Of a stretch of DNA of 64,000 nucleotides, positions 47,001 to 60,310 are shown in pieces. This DNA comes from Chiloscyllium plagiosum (lineage: Eukaryota), in assembly GCF_004010195.1 (NCBI RefSeq), contig NC_057754.1, forward strand, positions 7,764,725-7,828,724, read 5' to 3'. The translations under genes and the position numbers were made by a program. The notes beneath the pieces are model-generated. The model had not been told where the DNA came from. It was given only the letters and a program-made list of their open reading frames with translations, and searched no databases. Within the stretch, counting starts at the first letter, position 1. Every line of letters begins with the position of its first letter.

Positions 47001-49907
47001 GTATTCATTCAGATCGTGCCTTACTGTCCCTCCCAGTATCTTTCCCTTTGTCCACAATGCAGCAATCCCCTTCGCTGCTGGTGATGTGGCCTAGGATCCT
47101 GCCTGTTCCTTTTCGCATACTTTTTTGCTTCCCCCCCTTTCCACCGTGAATGAATGGGTTCCTGCCAGCTGTTTGGATTTATCACCCTCCACCAACCCTT
47201 ATCCCCCACTTCCATTTCTACAACCTCCAACATGATGCTCAAGATCTCGCTCTTTCTCTCGACGCTGGCGCTCTTGCTCTCTGAGCACTCAATCTCGCTC
47301 GCTCTCTCTGAGCGCTCGTGCTTGCTCGCTCGCTCTTTCTATCTCTGAGTCCCCTCTCCTTTCTTTCCTTGCTTTGCTCCATTCTCAAGGTGGCATTATC
47401 TGTGATCCCGTGATCCTTCCCTGTCACTGCCACATGGCCTGCCTTTGCCACAGTACCTGTACTGGTAAAGAAAAGAGCACCATCCGAGCCCTCAGCCGCT
47501 TGGGGAGTGCCTTCCTTGTGATTCAGTCTATTGTATTCGCTGTTGGCAGTGTGGTCCCCTCTATAGGAGGGAGACAAAGTGCAGACAGTGTGCGGCTGCT
47601 TTGCTGAGGGCCTCCTTTCAGGCCCTCAGCACCGTTCTGTCCGTTAATTGGTGGGAGCCCAGGCCAGGCATTGTCAATAGCCGGAGGTCATGGATCAGTG
47701 CTCCTCACTGGGGGTCTTCAGAGGCCAGGAGTCAAAAGGAAGAAAAGTAGAAGGAGAAGAAGATAAGGAGGAAGACAGAGGGAAGAGAAAGAAGAAGAGG
47801 AGTGGGTGGAGCAGACGAGGGTTAGGGTTAGGGTCAGGGTTAGGCTGGAGTGTCCTACTCCACTACCATCTTGCAATGTTCCAGATTTATAAGGTACTGT
47901 GATGGGGTTTGAACCCCTGTACCAGGATATTGGCTTGGCCTTCTGGAGTTTTAGTCCAATGACAATAGCATCATGCCAGCACCCTCCTGCGGGTGCAGTC
48001 CTCCCTCTCCGACCTTGGTCTCTGCAGTATTCCAGTGCAAGGTTAAGGAGTAGTAGCTCAACCTTCGACTGGCACTTTACAGCTTTCTGGAGATTAATGA
48101 TCTTAAACTTGAAACCGCCTTCCTTTGTTCCTTTGAGTCTCTTCTTTCTCATTTCACTTTGGCCCCTTTGCTTTCGGGCTGGTCATGATCCTAGTGTAGG
48201 TATTTCTAGTCCACTTGCCTTCTGTTTCTTTGCCTGGGGGTTGGGGGGGTGGGGTGGAGTTGGCGGGAAGGTGGAGTTAAGGACTCTGTTCGGTCTACCA
48301 TGACTTTATTGAATGGCACAGTGGCCTTGAGCGGCTAAATGGCCGACTTCCTGCTCCTCAGGTGCCATCCGTGCCATCTTCCTTCAAGTCCAGAGTAATG
48401 CCCTAATAGGACCTTGTGCTGTTTGAGATTCATTCCCCAGCTCATGTTGAGGTTTAAACTCTGGCTGAATCAACTGTTACTCATTCTCTTGCTCACCCAT
48501 GCTTTATGTAACCTAGTCGGTAACTCGCTCTTCTCCCACTCTACCGGGACAGAGTGCTTTTGATAATCCTTTCGTCCCTGACCTTTCCATTCATCTTTAT
48601 CTCAAATATCGATTGCTCTGCCCTTATCGCAGGCCATTTCAATTTATCACAAATCTCGACAGTGCAGACCCCCCCCCCCCCGCCAAGAGAAAGCAGTCTC
48701 CTACTCCAAAGGTCAGACAGAGAAACATATTGATGTTTGCACTGAAGTAGAACTTGGTTACTATTTATCAGACACCTTGAGAAGTTTAGACAGGGGTTAG
48801 ACAAGCCTGAAGGGAAGGTTGCATTACTTCTGACACTGGAGCCCCCACTAACCTGTTCGTGTCCCTCTCTCCCCCTGAGAGATGGAGGAGGCATTTTGCT
48901 GATTGAACAGAGAGCAATGGCTTTTATTTATTTGCAGGCCGTGGGTGTTGCTGGCTGGGACACCATTTATTGCCCATCCCTAATTGCCCATAGGACAGCT
49001 AAGACTCTACCACATTGATTTGGGTCTGCGGTCACCAACTGGGTAAGGATGGCAGTGAACCAGACGGGTATTTCCAATAATCGACCGCACTTTAACAAAC
49101 ATCACGAGACCCTCCATTCCATTTTTCAAATTCAATTTCTGTCATCTCGCTCCAATGGGATTCGAACCCAGGTCCCAAGCACGTTGTCTGGGTCTGTGGA
49201 TTAATATTTGAGCAATAAAACAATGGCCCATCACCTACCTATAACCCAATTATTAGGCTCACACGTCCACATTAATGTACATTTGAAAATTCCACCCCAC
49301 ACCCATCGCTAGATTGCCGGTGCCCTTTGCCACTTTGTGCATGAGTCACTGAGATACTACAAACAAGACGGGAAATAAAAATAGGGACCGCTCATTCGGA
49401 TCTATGGGTCCTGCTCCACTGTTGACTGAGATCATGGCTGACCTTCTAACTAAACCTAATTTTTACCGCACTATCCCTGTATCCCTTGATGCCTTTATAG
49501 AACTGTGTCAGTCACTGAATTGAGCATACTCCTTATTGGAGGTGGGAAATTCAATGGTTGACCACCCCTTGAAATTCCTCTTCACCTGAGTGCTATTGTG
49601 GGCTCTGACCCCTAGGCCTCCTCCTCCTCCTCCTCCCAGACCCACACATTGAGTTCTTTAACCTCTCAGCATTGCAGACAGAAGGGTTTGGGGGCCATGA
49701 CTCACCAAACCACAGTACACAGATGCAACATGTGTTGAGGAAGGCAGAGGAATGTTGTCACTTATTGTTGGGGAATGGAATCTAAAAATAAGGATATTTT
49801 GCTCCAGTTGTATAGTGCATTGGTGTGGGCTGTTCCCGCAGTACAGTGTGGAAAGAGAAGATAATTGTGTTTCACTGGAGGCTCTTATGCTGCAGTGATA
49901 GTGTCCC

Positions 49908-50012
49908 TTTTCCTGATGAAGGGCTTTTGCCCGAAATGTCGACTCTCCTGCTCCTCGGATGCTGCCTGATCTGCTTTGCTTTTCCAGCGCCACACTCTCT
50001 CTCTCGACTCTG
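49908..50012 (+). mobile_element. PLE-derived short element with hammerhead core
   Basis: CUGAUGA 49913-49919, GGGC-uuuu-GCCC, GAAA 49933-49936, UGUC. Confidence 0.65.
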
Positions 50013-51279
50013 AGCCTGGAGCCGCAGGTTTTTTTTTACAGATTAGATTACATTACAGTGTGGAAACCTCTGGGTGGATTGGTTGGAAAATACCTGGAAT
50101 TCTGTCTTAAGCAATTGGCAGAAGGCTCACTCGACTCACTCCTGGGATGAAGGGCTTATGAACAAAACTGAGCAGGTCAGACCTGCCACCGTAGATTGTA
50201 GTAAAATAACAGGTGATCTCGTTGAGACAGCCAAGATCCTGAGAGGAAACCATAGGGTGAAAAGCAGGATGTTTCCACTGGGCAGGGGGATGGGGGTCAC
50301 CATTTAAGGATTAGAGATTTCTGATCGGTGGGAAGGGGATTCTCTCTGAGAATCGTTAGTTCATGGAATTTTCTTTTTCGGAGAGCAGTGGAGGCTGGGC
50401 CAAACCTGAGTGAAGGAGGTTCTTTTGATTGATGAGGGTGTCAATGACTGGAAGGAGGAATAGGCCATTGCTGGCTTAGCCATGATCCCGAATGTACACT
50501 GCAGGAGGGCCTTACAAATCCAGATGTGACCAGCTCCTGCACCGACCTCCCCTATTTCTAGAAGGTCCGAGAGATCGGGAAAGACAGCAGAGGGACCTAA
50601 AGGTTTCGGGTCAGGAGTCAGTGTGGATCAGCAATGTAGCAGGGGCACCAATGAACCTGATGGTATATTGTGCTGATTCGCCAACTTTCTGGAACAAGTG
50701 AAGTTTAAAAAAAAAGACGTGGAAAGGTGCCATTCCAAAGATAGAAGGGCACGTGGGCGAAGGAGCTTTTGTTTCTTGTCGAGTGATTGCTGAGCTTTGA
50801 CCATTTGAAAGTACACACAGAGTCATACAGCTTGGAAACGCACCCCTCGGTCCAACTAGTCAATGGCGACCATGTTCCCAAGTCTAACTTGTCCCACTTG
50901 CCTGTGTTTGGCCCATATCCCCCCACTTCCCCCCCCAAACCTTTGCTGTTCACGTGCCTATCCAAATTCCTGCTGCCTCTGAGGCAAGTATGGTAAAGAG
51001 TTCTCTTCCAGACCGTTTTCGTTCCCTGACCGTGTGCTGATGTGGAGATGTGGGATCCCTTTGCTTGGTTCATCCAGATCTAGGCTTTCTTTATTTGTCT
51101 CTCAGAAAGGAGTTTCCTGTTCGACTCATTCCTGCAAGTCAAACTGACTTTAAGCCAAGACCACCCACCTCTCACGATCCCCTGTCCTCATTTGTTGAGA
51201 AGTCGGGACATGCGTCTCTGTTGGTGGCAGCTTGCTGTGTGCATTTTGGCTGCAGCGTTGTGTCTGTGCAGCATATAAA

Positions 51280-51520
51280 AATGCTTCAGACGCTCAGTAA
51301 GAGGTCTGACAGCATCTGTGGAGAGAGATCGGAGTCAGTATTTCTGGTCCAGTGACCCTTCCTCAGAACTGGAGCCCTTCACTCAGATGAGTTCTAAGGA
51401 AGGGTCACGTTGACTAGAAGTGTTAGCTCTGGATCGTTTCCCACAGATGCTGCCAGACCTGCTGAGTTTTTTCCAGCAGTTTCTGATTCTGTATTTGTTT
51501 GTGATTTCCAGCAGCCGGAG
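51280..51520. mobile_element. Palindromic PLE-derived element (third family, decayed)
   Basis: Inverted arms cagcatctgtgg...gacccttcctcagaact and agttctaaggaagggtc...ccacagatgctg. Confidence 0.6.
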
Positions 51521-52477
51521 TTCTTTTTGTTTTTCACAAAAAAAAAGCTTAACTGTGGCCGTGGAGAGCTCCTGAGATTGCAAAAGCGTTTTCCCTGGAG
51601 TCGGGCATCCAGTTATTGTTGGGATAAGTTTGGGGGTCAAACTGTCCAGAAAAGGGATTATTTTAAATTGGTCCCAGTTGCAGCAGGAAACGGGGAATGC
51701 AGTTGTGACTGGCTTGGGTCAGGTCAGCAGTTTGCATTGTCTGTCGAAATTGAGCTGGTTATTTCTGCGTGCAGGTTTATTTACAATTGACGAACTGGTT
51801 AAATATTTGGAATGCTAAACTTTTTTTGCAATGCACTCCCTCACCCTTCTATCCAGTAAAATGCAGCTTTGGTGACACACCTCCTCCCCACCTCCAAACT
51901 TGCCGGGAGCGCACACTCCCAGCGAGCTCTCGAAATTAGCATGGAAAGTCATTGACCCTGGCAGTGCAGAAGGAGGCTGTCCTGCTCACTGGGGAAAAAG
52001 CAGCCACCTCTCGGCCCTCACTTCCCACCTTTTTTGTAAGCTGTTTGTTGACAGTACGCCCCCATGGGGCTCCCTTTATGAACTGATCGCTGGAGCCGGT
52101 TTGCAGAAACGGCCTGCTCTCCCGAATGCGAATGTTCATACTTGCCTCCCCTCGAGATCGCCTTGCCCGATGGTTTAAAACTCTCGGACCACTGGCTGTA
52201 GGGAAAAATAGACTTCATTTGCTGAAAGTAAACAAAAGGTTACTTTGGGAAACAGTTCCTACAATAACAAACGGGGGGATTCCTTCACTTTATTAATTTA
52301 CTTTGCCACTGACGAGGCCAGTATTTATTTCCCATCGCAATTTGAACAGAACAGCTTGCTTGACTATTTCAGAGGGCAACTAAGGGTCAACTGCAGTGCT
52401 GTGGGTCTGCAGTCACATGGACGTTGCATGTTTTATGTTGTATTTTAATACGACTGGTAAATGAAGACAAGACCGTG

Positions 52478-53092
52478 AGATTAGTTTGGGGATTGATACA
52501 GGGCTGTGGGGAGAGAGTGGGGCAGTGGGATTAGTTTGGGGATTGATACAGGGCTATGGTGAGAGAGTGGGGAAATGGGATTAGTTTGGGGATCGATACA
52601 GGGCTATGGGGAGAGGGTGGGGCAGTGGGATTAGTTTGGGAATTGATACAGGGCTATGGTGAGAGAGTGGGGAAATGGGATTAGTTTGGGATTGATACAG
52701 GGCTATGGGGAGAGAGTGGGGCATTGGGATTAGTTTGGGGATCGATACAGGGCTATGGGGAGAGGGTGGGGCAGTGGGATTAGTTTGGGAATTGATACAG
52801 GGCTATGGTGAGAGAGTGGGGAAATGGGATTAGTTTGGGGATTGATACAAGGCTATGGGGAGAGAGTGGGTCAGAGGGATTAGTTTGGGATTGATACAGG
52901 GCTATGGGGAGAGAGAGTGGGGAAATGGGATTAGTTTGGGGATTGATACAAGGCTATGGGGAGAGAGTGGGTCAGAGGGATTAGTTTGGGATTGATACAG
53001 GGCTATGGGGAGAGAGAGTGGGGAAATGGGATTAGTTTGGGGATCAATACAGGGCTATGGGGGGAGCACGGGGCAGTGGGATTAGTTTTGAT
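52478..53092. repeat. ~50-bp minisatellite, about 12 units
   Basis: Unit gattagtttggggattgatacagggctatggggagagagtggggcagtgg at about 50-bp spacing from 52479. Confidence 0.95.
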
Positions 53093-54161
53093 ACAGTGCT
53101 ACGGGGTGCATGGCTAGTTGGATTAAGTTGTGCACACACAACGCTGGAAAGAGTCAGCAAGTCTGGCAGCATCTGGACAGAGAAATAGAGTTTACGTTTC
53201 AAGTCCAGTATGACTCTCCTTCAAAACTAGTCCATAACAGCTGTCTTCCTTTGTGGGGGGCATGATTCTAACCAAGAAAGTTTTATTTTTGTAATTTTGA
53301 TTCCCATCACGAGAAAGGAAATGAGGGATGGCTATTGTATAGCAAGCAGAGGAGCAAAGGTTAAATTAAATGGAGGGGAAAGATGTGCTACGTGGTATCC
53401 CACAGGGGTTAATTTGACTTGCTCTCGCTGTAACATAGGACAAATTGCTGAGGCCACTGAGTCCCACCCACTTCCCCCTGCCCCAGCAGCAGCACCACCA
53501 GCAGAGGAAATAGCGATCACCCAGGAGCAGGTTTTAGCTGGGCCGACGTGTCACACTGCTTTGCCACAGATACTCTGTAGCCCTTCAGTGCACTGCCACC
53601 CTCTCAATGAAGCTCTTGCTCGCTGCTGGGCCAAGGAAGAAAACAGCAGTGCTCATTTCCAGAGGTACATCGTTGGATTTGGTCGTGTCTTGTGTTGAAG
53701 TGTGAGCATTGGAGAATGTGTGGTCGCAGGGTACCTTCCAGGCGGTGAGGGGGAGAGGCAAGTAAGGGCCAACAATTCCACTGTTGGGTTTCATGTGGAA
53801 ACAGGAATCTGTGGCTTTGTCAAAAAGGGGAACCTTGGTAATTTATTTTCTTGCAGAATTCCCCTTCTGTTATTATCTCAAAATATTGCACTGTTTGTGA
53901 TCTGAGGGTGTTCCAAAGCTCTTTGCCTCCAATGAAGTCCAGCCATTGATGTGATATCAGAAATGTCGCAGCCAGTTTCTCTCACTCTGTGATCTTGGAC
54001 CCTTTAATGGTGATCAATTGGATCACATCTGAATCTCTTCTTGAGCGGATTCAAGTCCAATTTGTGGGAGCCCACCCTCTTATAAGCCCGGGGGTCATTT
54101 GGGTGAAAATGTGCTGCATTCCCCCCCCCCCCCCCCCCCCAAAGACTAATATCTCCTACCT

Positions 54162-54500
54162 GGGCGGCACTCTGGCTCAATGGTTAGCACTGCTGCCTCA
54201 CAGCGCCAGAGACGCAGGTTCAATTCCATCCTCGGGTGACTGTGCAGTCTCTACAGAGACATTCTCCCCATGTCTAAGTGGGTTTCTTCTGGGCGCTCCA
54301 GTGCCCTCCACTGTACAAAGATGTGCAGGTTAGGGTGGATTGGCAATGTTAAGTTGTCCATAACGTCCAGGGATGTGCAGGCTAGGTGGATTAGCAATGG
54401 GAAATACAGGGTAGGGGCATCAGTCTGGGTGGGATGCTCTTTGGTGTGACTTGATGGGCCGAGAGGCCTGCTTCCACATTGTGTAGAGATTCTATGATTC
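54162..54500 (+). mobile_element. HE1-type V-SINE
   Basis: gggcggcactctggctcaatggttagc head and ggttcaattcc B box. Confidence 0.8.
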
Positions 54501-55404
54501 TAACATATAAGGCCTAGAACTTAATGTGGTTGCTGCCAAGCTCCCACGAATTACAGTACAATAACGAACAAATAATCTGTTTTTGTGATGTTGCAAGAGT
54601 GGTGGTACAGACTACTGGACGTCGGAAAAGATTGCTCTGCCCTCCTTTGAAGTTGTACCGTGGGATCCTTGAGAGAGAAAAACAGGGACATCAGTTCCTG
54701 CAAACATACGCACTCCTCCCCGGTACTTCGAGCCTACGTTCTTATTCTCGAATCTCTTCAGTGGGACTCGAGTAGGGCCCACAACCTTGTGCTGAAAGCT
54801 GAGAGTAATAACAACTAACCCATTTGCAAACTGTGGGTTTTTCAAACAGTTAAATGTTCCTGTTCGTGCTCTTGAGTAATCTGATTTTAAGTAGCTAGTC
54901 AGGAAAGGGGGAATTCAAGATTAATAAAATTGTCCTTGAGAATGAACGAACATTTTTTTTTTGTGTGTGATCTTGTTTCAGGAGACGTGCTGCATAGCCT
55001 GGGATTAGAACCACTGTGTGTATTTTACTGAGTTTGATCAGATAGCGAGGACCTTTGCTACTTAGTGAAAGCAATTTTAGGAGGGCCAAGCGTGACACAA
55101 AGCTGAAGGTAGGAAGCTTCTGATTTATTACCTCGATTGCAAAAGACAAAATTTCATTAGTGTAGCCTCTTACCGGTCAGTTTCGGAACCGCCACTTGTG
55201 CAATTGTTTTAATTGTCCATGTGACAGTGAAATTTTCTGCAGTTTTCTGGTTCCCAACGCAGTGCTGACAGAACTGTAGCCCCTGTAAGCGTAAATCTCT
55301 GAGCTGCTCTTTATCCTCCAGGGGAATCTTGTTAAGTCACCTAATTATTGCACCTCAAGGTGGTGGCTGTGAGTTTGCTTGCTGGTGATTTTTACATAGA
55401 AATG

Positions 55405-55720
55405 ATTTTGCATTGATATTGCACCTATCCTGACCAGAGAATATCCTGAAGAGCTTTGTGCCCAATTAAGTACCTTTGAATTGTAGTCACTGCTGTATCA
55501 GAGGAGTCAGGGGGGATGATATTATGTACAGGAAGCTCCTGCAAACAGCAACAAATAATTAGTTTCTGAGGCATTTGAGGAATAAATATTTTCCAAGGCA
55601 CGGAGAGAACTCCCCTCCTCTTGTTGCGGTTGTGGGAGCTTTGACATCCACCTGATCGGGGTATACGGAGACCTCAATTTAATGTGTTATCCAAAGGATG
55701 ATACTTCTAACAGTGTTTCA
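55405..55720 (-). mobile_element. DeuSINE (AmnSINE1/SacSINE1-like) remnant
   Basis: Reverse complement contains caggtggatgtcaaagctccca, aggggagttctc, tgctgtttgcaggagct and gtgactacaattcaaaggtact, matching the Deu-domain consensus as I recall it. Other remnants at about 30900-31560(+) and 54520-54670(-). Confidence 0.6.
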
Positions 55721-56285
55721 CTCTTGTAGGACTGCATCTTTGGGGGACAGCACTCTCTCAGTACTGCCCCTCCGACAAGTGCAGCACTCCCTCAATACTG
55801 AACCTCTCGCAGTGCAACCACTCCTCACTACTGACCCTTTAACAATACAGTTTTCCCTTAGTACTGCCCCTTGGTCAATGCAATACCCCTCCAGATACTC
55901 TGCCTCAGACTCCCTGACAATGCAGTGTTCTCTCAGTACTGTGCTCCGACAATGCTGCACTCCCTCAGTACTGCCCCTCCGACAGTGTCGTGCATCCTCA
56001 GGACCGACCGTCCAACAGTGTGGTACTCCATCAGAACTGACCTTCTGACAGTGCAAGCTCCGTGATTACTGTCCCTCTGACATTGCACTGTTCTCTTGGT
56101 ACTGTCCCTCTGTCAGAGCAGTGTTCCCACAGTACTATGCCCTCCAGCAGTGCAACAGCCTCTCAGTAATATTCTTCTGACACTAGGGCAGCTTTGATAC
56201 CAATTGCCTGGAGTATTTCTCCAGTAATGCTTATATAGCCATGCAGAACTCTCTCAGTACTGCCCTTCCGACAGTACAGCACTAT
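55710..56285. repeat. Degenerate ~33-bp tandem repeat (cagtgcagcactccctcagtactgcccctccga)
   Basis: Recurrent cagtactg(c)ccctccgacagtg motifs. Confidence 0.85.
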
Positions 56286-58139
56286 GCTATGATCTGGGAA
56301 GGAAGTCTTGCAATAATCGGACAAGGCATTGGTATAACCATCTGGTGTTGAGCTTCTTGGAGCTGCACATATCCAAGCAAGAGGGGACTTTTCCACCACA
56401 CTTCTCACTTGTGCCTTGTAGATGGTGGACAGGCTTTGGGGAGTCAGGAGGGGATCGGCAAATATGCTGGAGGAGGCGTTGAGAATTAGCTTTACACAGG
56501 GCGTCGGTGTGGTCTAGAATGCACCGCTCGAAGCAAATTCATAAAAAAGGGAATTAGATAAATACTTGAAATGGTGAAAGCTATTTGAGTTGTGGAGATA
56601 GAGCCAGGGAGGTGGAACTCAGCCACAGTGGACTGATCAAGGACCGTGCATGCTGTAAAAGACACTGATAAAGAAACAGTGCTGAATAAATGAGGCAAAC
56701 TATTAATGCAGAGCTCATCTTTCAGCAGAAGATCAAATCTAATCTTTATGTAAATGAAGCAGGGAATCCAAATCTCACGTCGCCGACTGACCTTAGTTGA
56801 ACGCCCTAAACCAGTCCACAATAACATTTCACAATACTTGCGATACAAGTATCAATATTTATTCATGGTGAAGTGATTACTTGAGTCCACGTGATTCCAC
56901 TTAAATTCCTCTCGAACCTGGCACGATAAATTCTGACACACCTTTTGGGCTGTCTTTTTGTTTCAAGGGGATACATAAATTCAAGTCGTTGCTGTAGTTT
57001 TTAAAGCATTGAGCACCTCTCAAGGCAGACTGATGTTCGGTAGCCTTGATATTTAACGAATGTTGCAAACCCTTAACATGTTGGAATTCTCAAATGAAAT
57101 GTTTGTAACTGTTTCCCACGGGCAGGTTAAGTCTTGTGTTCTTGTAGCTCAATTAGATGACACCATTAGGTGGTACTGTAAGAAAATTCCCAATATTAGT
57201 CTGATCACTGACCTGCATCATTTGAGTTGGAACACAGAAACTGTTATATTTTGTCTACAATTTATTCTTTCATAAGTTTGACCTTAGAGTAAGATAAAAG
57301 GTTGGCTTAACATCGAGGGCTGAAGGGCCTGTACTCTGCTGTATTGTTCTATAGTCAAGACCAACATTTGGTGACCACGCCTAATTGACTTTGACTTGTT
57401 AGACTATTTCATTTGGCAATTGAGAGTCAACGTTGCTGTGGGTCTGGAGTCACATGTAGACCAGGCCAGGTACATTGCAGATTTTATCGGTTGAATTTGC
57501 AAAACCATTTGTCCTAGGACCACCCTGTCACCTGAGGGGGGCTAATTTAGTGACACTTCCCAGTACTGCCTCTGATGTAAGGAAATCTTTTTTTCGAAGT
57601 GTGGAGGCCAGAACTGATTGTGGTTTCCGAAATGCAGCTTGGTCACTTGGCCTGAGCCTGTGCTGGTGTCAGTGCCAAGTAGTTTGCTAAACTACAGGAA
57701 TATGTTTTCTTTGGCTTTGAGATCATTCTGCTCAATTCTTGTTGAGAATACTTTGAGGAAACACTAGGGTGAGATTGATATGCTTCCCTTTAGATTAGCT
57801 TTTGGAATAGCCTTTGTTGTAACGTGCACTCGAATGATTGCAGGGGAAAAATTTGTAATGTCACTTTGGGGGTGTGAATAGTAGAGAGTGATGAGACTAG
57901 GTAGGAGACTTCATAGTCTGAAGGGATAAACAGGAGAGATAATATGCAGGGTCGGATGTTGAAAGGCATTTAGCACATAACAGTGAACATGCGCTCCTCT
58001 CTCTTAGGAGTCCAGAACTCCATTGTGGGACCCTAATCTCCTTACACTGGCTCACAAGGGATTGTTACTTCTGGTGGTAGGGATTTAATATTGGACCACA
58101 AATGCTTTGAGTTTTAGATCACTCAGTTTTTTTGATTAT

Positions 58140-58420
58140 ATTTAGATTCTCTACAGTGTGGAAACAGGCCCTTCAGCCCAACCAGTCCACACTGACCCTC
58201 CGAAGAGTAACCCACCCAGACTCATTCCCCTCTGACTAATGTACCTAACACTACGGACAATTTAGCATGGCCAATTCACCTCTCCTGCACATCTTTGGAC
58301 TGTGGGAGGAAACCAGTGCAGTCACTGGGAGAATGTGCAAACTCCACACAGACAGTCGCCCAAGGCTGGAATCGAACCTGGGACCCTGGTTCTGTGAGGC
58401 TAACCATCGTGCCGCCCGAT
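58140..58420 (-). mobile_element. HE1-type V-SINE
   Basis: Reverse complement of the HE1 body. Confidence 0.8.
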
Positions 58421-59127
58421 TATTGATAAGGACAGAAGCAATAGGAGCATGAGTAAGCTGTTGACCCTTTGAGGCTGTCTGCCAGTCAGTAAAACCATGA
58501 TTGGATTGTGGCTTTCACTTCACTCTCCTGTCTTCTCATCCTTATAAATTTCAATGAGTTCAGGTCCCACTTGCTCAACCTTTCCATGTAAGGCAACCCC
58601 TTCATCCCAGAAGACAGCCAAGTCAGCCCAATCTAAGCTGCCTAAAGTGCATTAACGTGTTTCCTACGGAAAGATGATTAAAACCATTCAGTTGTCCAAC
58701 AACAATAAGAACCAGGAGCAGGAGTAGGCGTTAAGTCTACATCATTCGACACGATCACAACTGATCTCGACTTGGCCTCAACTCCACTGACCTACCTGTG
58801 CCCAATACCCTACTAATTTAAAGAAAAAATCTTCCCTCCTCAAATTTATTCAGTGAGATGGTGTCCACTGCACTCTGGGGGAGTGAATTCCACATATTCT
58901 CACACAATTCCCTTTGAGAGAAGTCCTACCTCCTCATTTTTAAATCTGCTAACTATTATCTCAAGACCGTGACCTCTCATTCTAGAGGAAGCGTTCCCTC
59001 TACGTCTACCATGTCAATCCCCTTTAGCATCATCTTAACTTTTATTTCTTATTTCCTAACTTGTACTATGAATCACTGTAAGGTAATGTAACTTTTTTTT
59101 ATTTCTCTTTTGTATCTAGGTACTTAA

Positions 59128-60310
59128 AGAGGATTGATGGGGGCAGAGCGGTAGATGTGATCTATGTGGACTTCAGTAATGCGTTCGACAAGGTTTCCCA
59201 TGGGAGACTGGTTAGCAAGGTTAGATCTCACAGAATACAGGGAGAACTAGCCATTTGAATACAGAACAGGCTCAAAGGTAGAAGACAGATGGTGGTGATG
59301 GAGGGTTGTTTTTCAGACTGGAGGCCTGTGACCAGTGGAGTGCCACAAGGATCGGTGCTGGGTCCTGTACTTTTCATCATTTATATAAATGATTTGGATG
59401 TGAGCATAAGAGGTACAGTTAGTAAGTTTGCAGATGACACCAAAATTGGAGGTGTAGTGGACAGCGAAGAAGGATACCTCTGATTACAACAGGATCTTGA
59501 TCAAATGGGCCAACGGGCCGAGAAGTGGCAGATGGAGTTTAATTCAGATAAATGCGAGGTGATGTATTTTGGGAAAGCAAATCTTAGCAGGACTTATACA
59601 CTTAATGGTAAGGTCCTAGGGAGTGTTGCTGAACAAAGAGACCTTGGAGTGCAGGTTCATAGCTCCTTGAAAGTGGAGTCGCAGGTAGATAGGATAGTGA
59701 CGAAAACGTTTGATATGCTTTCTTTTATTGGTTAAGTATTGAGTCCAGGAGTTGGGAGGTCATGTTGCGGCTGTGCAGGACATTGGTGGCCACTGTTGGA
59801 ATATTGCGTGCAATTCTGGTCTTCTTCCTATCGGAAAGATGTTGTGAAACTTGAAAGGGTTCAGAAAAGATTTACAAGGATGTTGCCAGGGTTTGATTTA
59901 TAGGGAGAGGCTGAACAGGTTGGGGCTGTTTGGCTGAGGGGTGACCTTATGGAGGTTTACAAAATTATGAGGGGCATGGATAGGATAAATAGACAAAGTC
60001 TGTTCCTGGGGTGGGGGAGTGCAGAATTAGAGGGCATAGGTTTAGGGTGAGAGAGGAGAGATATAAAAGAGACCTAAGGGGCAACTTTTTCTCGCAGAGG
60101 GTGGTACGTGTATGGAATGAGCTGCCAGAGGATGTGGTGGAAGCTGGTACAATTGCAACATTTAAGAGGCATCTGGATGGGTATATGAATAGGAAGGGTT
60201 TGGAGGGATATGGGCCGGGTGCTGGCAGGTGGGACTAGATTGGGTTGGGATATCAGGTCGGCATGGACGGGTTGAGCCGAAGGGCCTGTTTCCGTGCTGT
60301 ACATCTCTAC
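59128..60310 (+). mobile_element. CR1/HER1-like LINE, ~1.2 kb 3' portion (RT with stops)
   Basis: [50 protein letters not shown]-like motif and CR1 tail. Confidence 0.95.

Noticed and set aside
47818..47845. Short (GGGTTA)-like run
   Set aside because: Only about 4 hexamers in low-complexity sequence, which is compatible with chance or slippage.
46135..48303. Several 110-205 aa ORFs
   Set aside because: Driven by CT/GA microsatellites and low complexity; no recognisable homology.
49760..49850. LEQNILIFRF peptide on the minus strand resembling a PLE C-terminus
   Set aside because: The + strand reads KDILLQLYSALV, a CR1 motif, which explains the sequence better.
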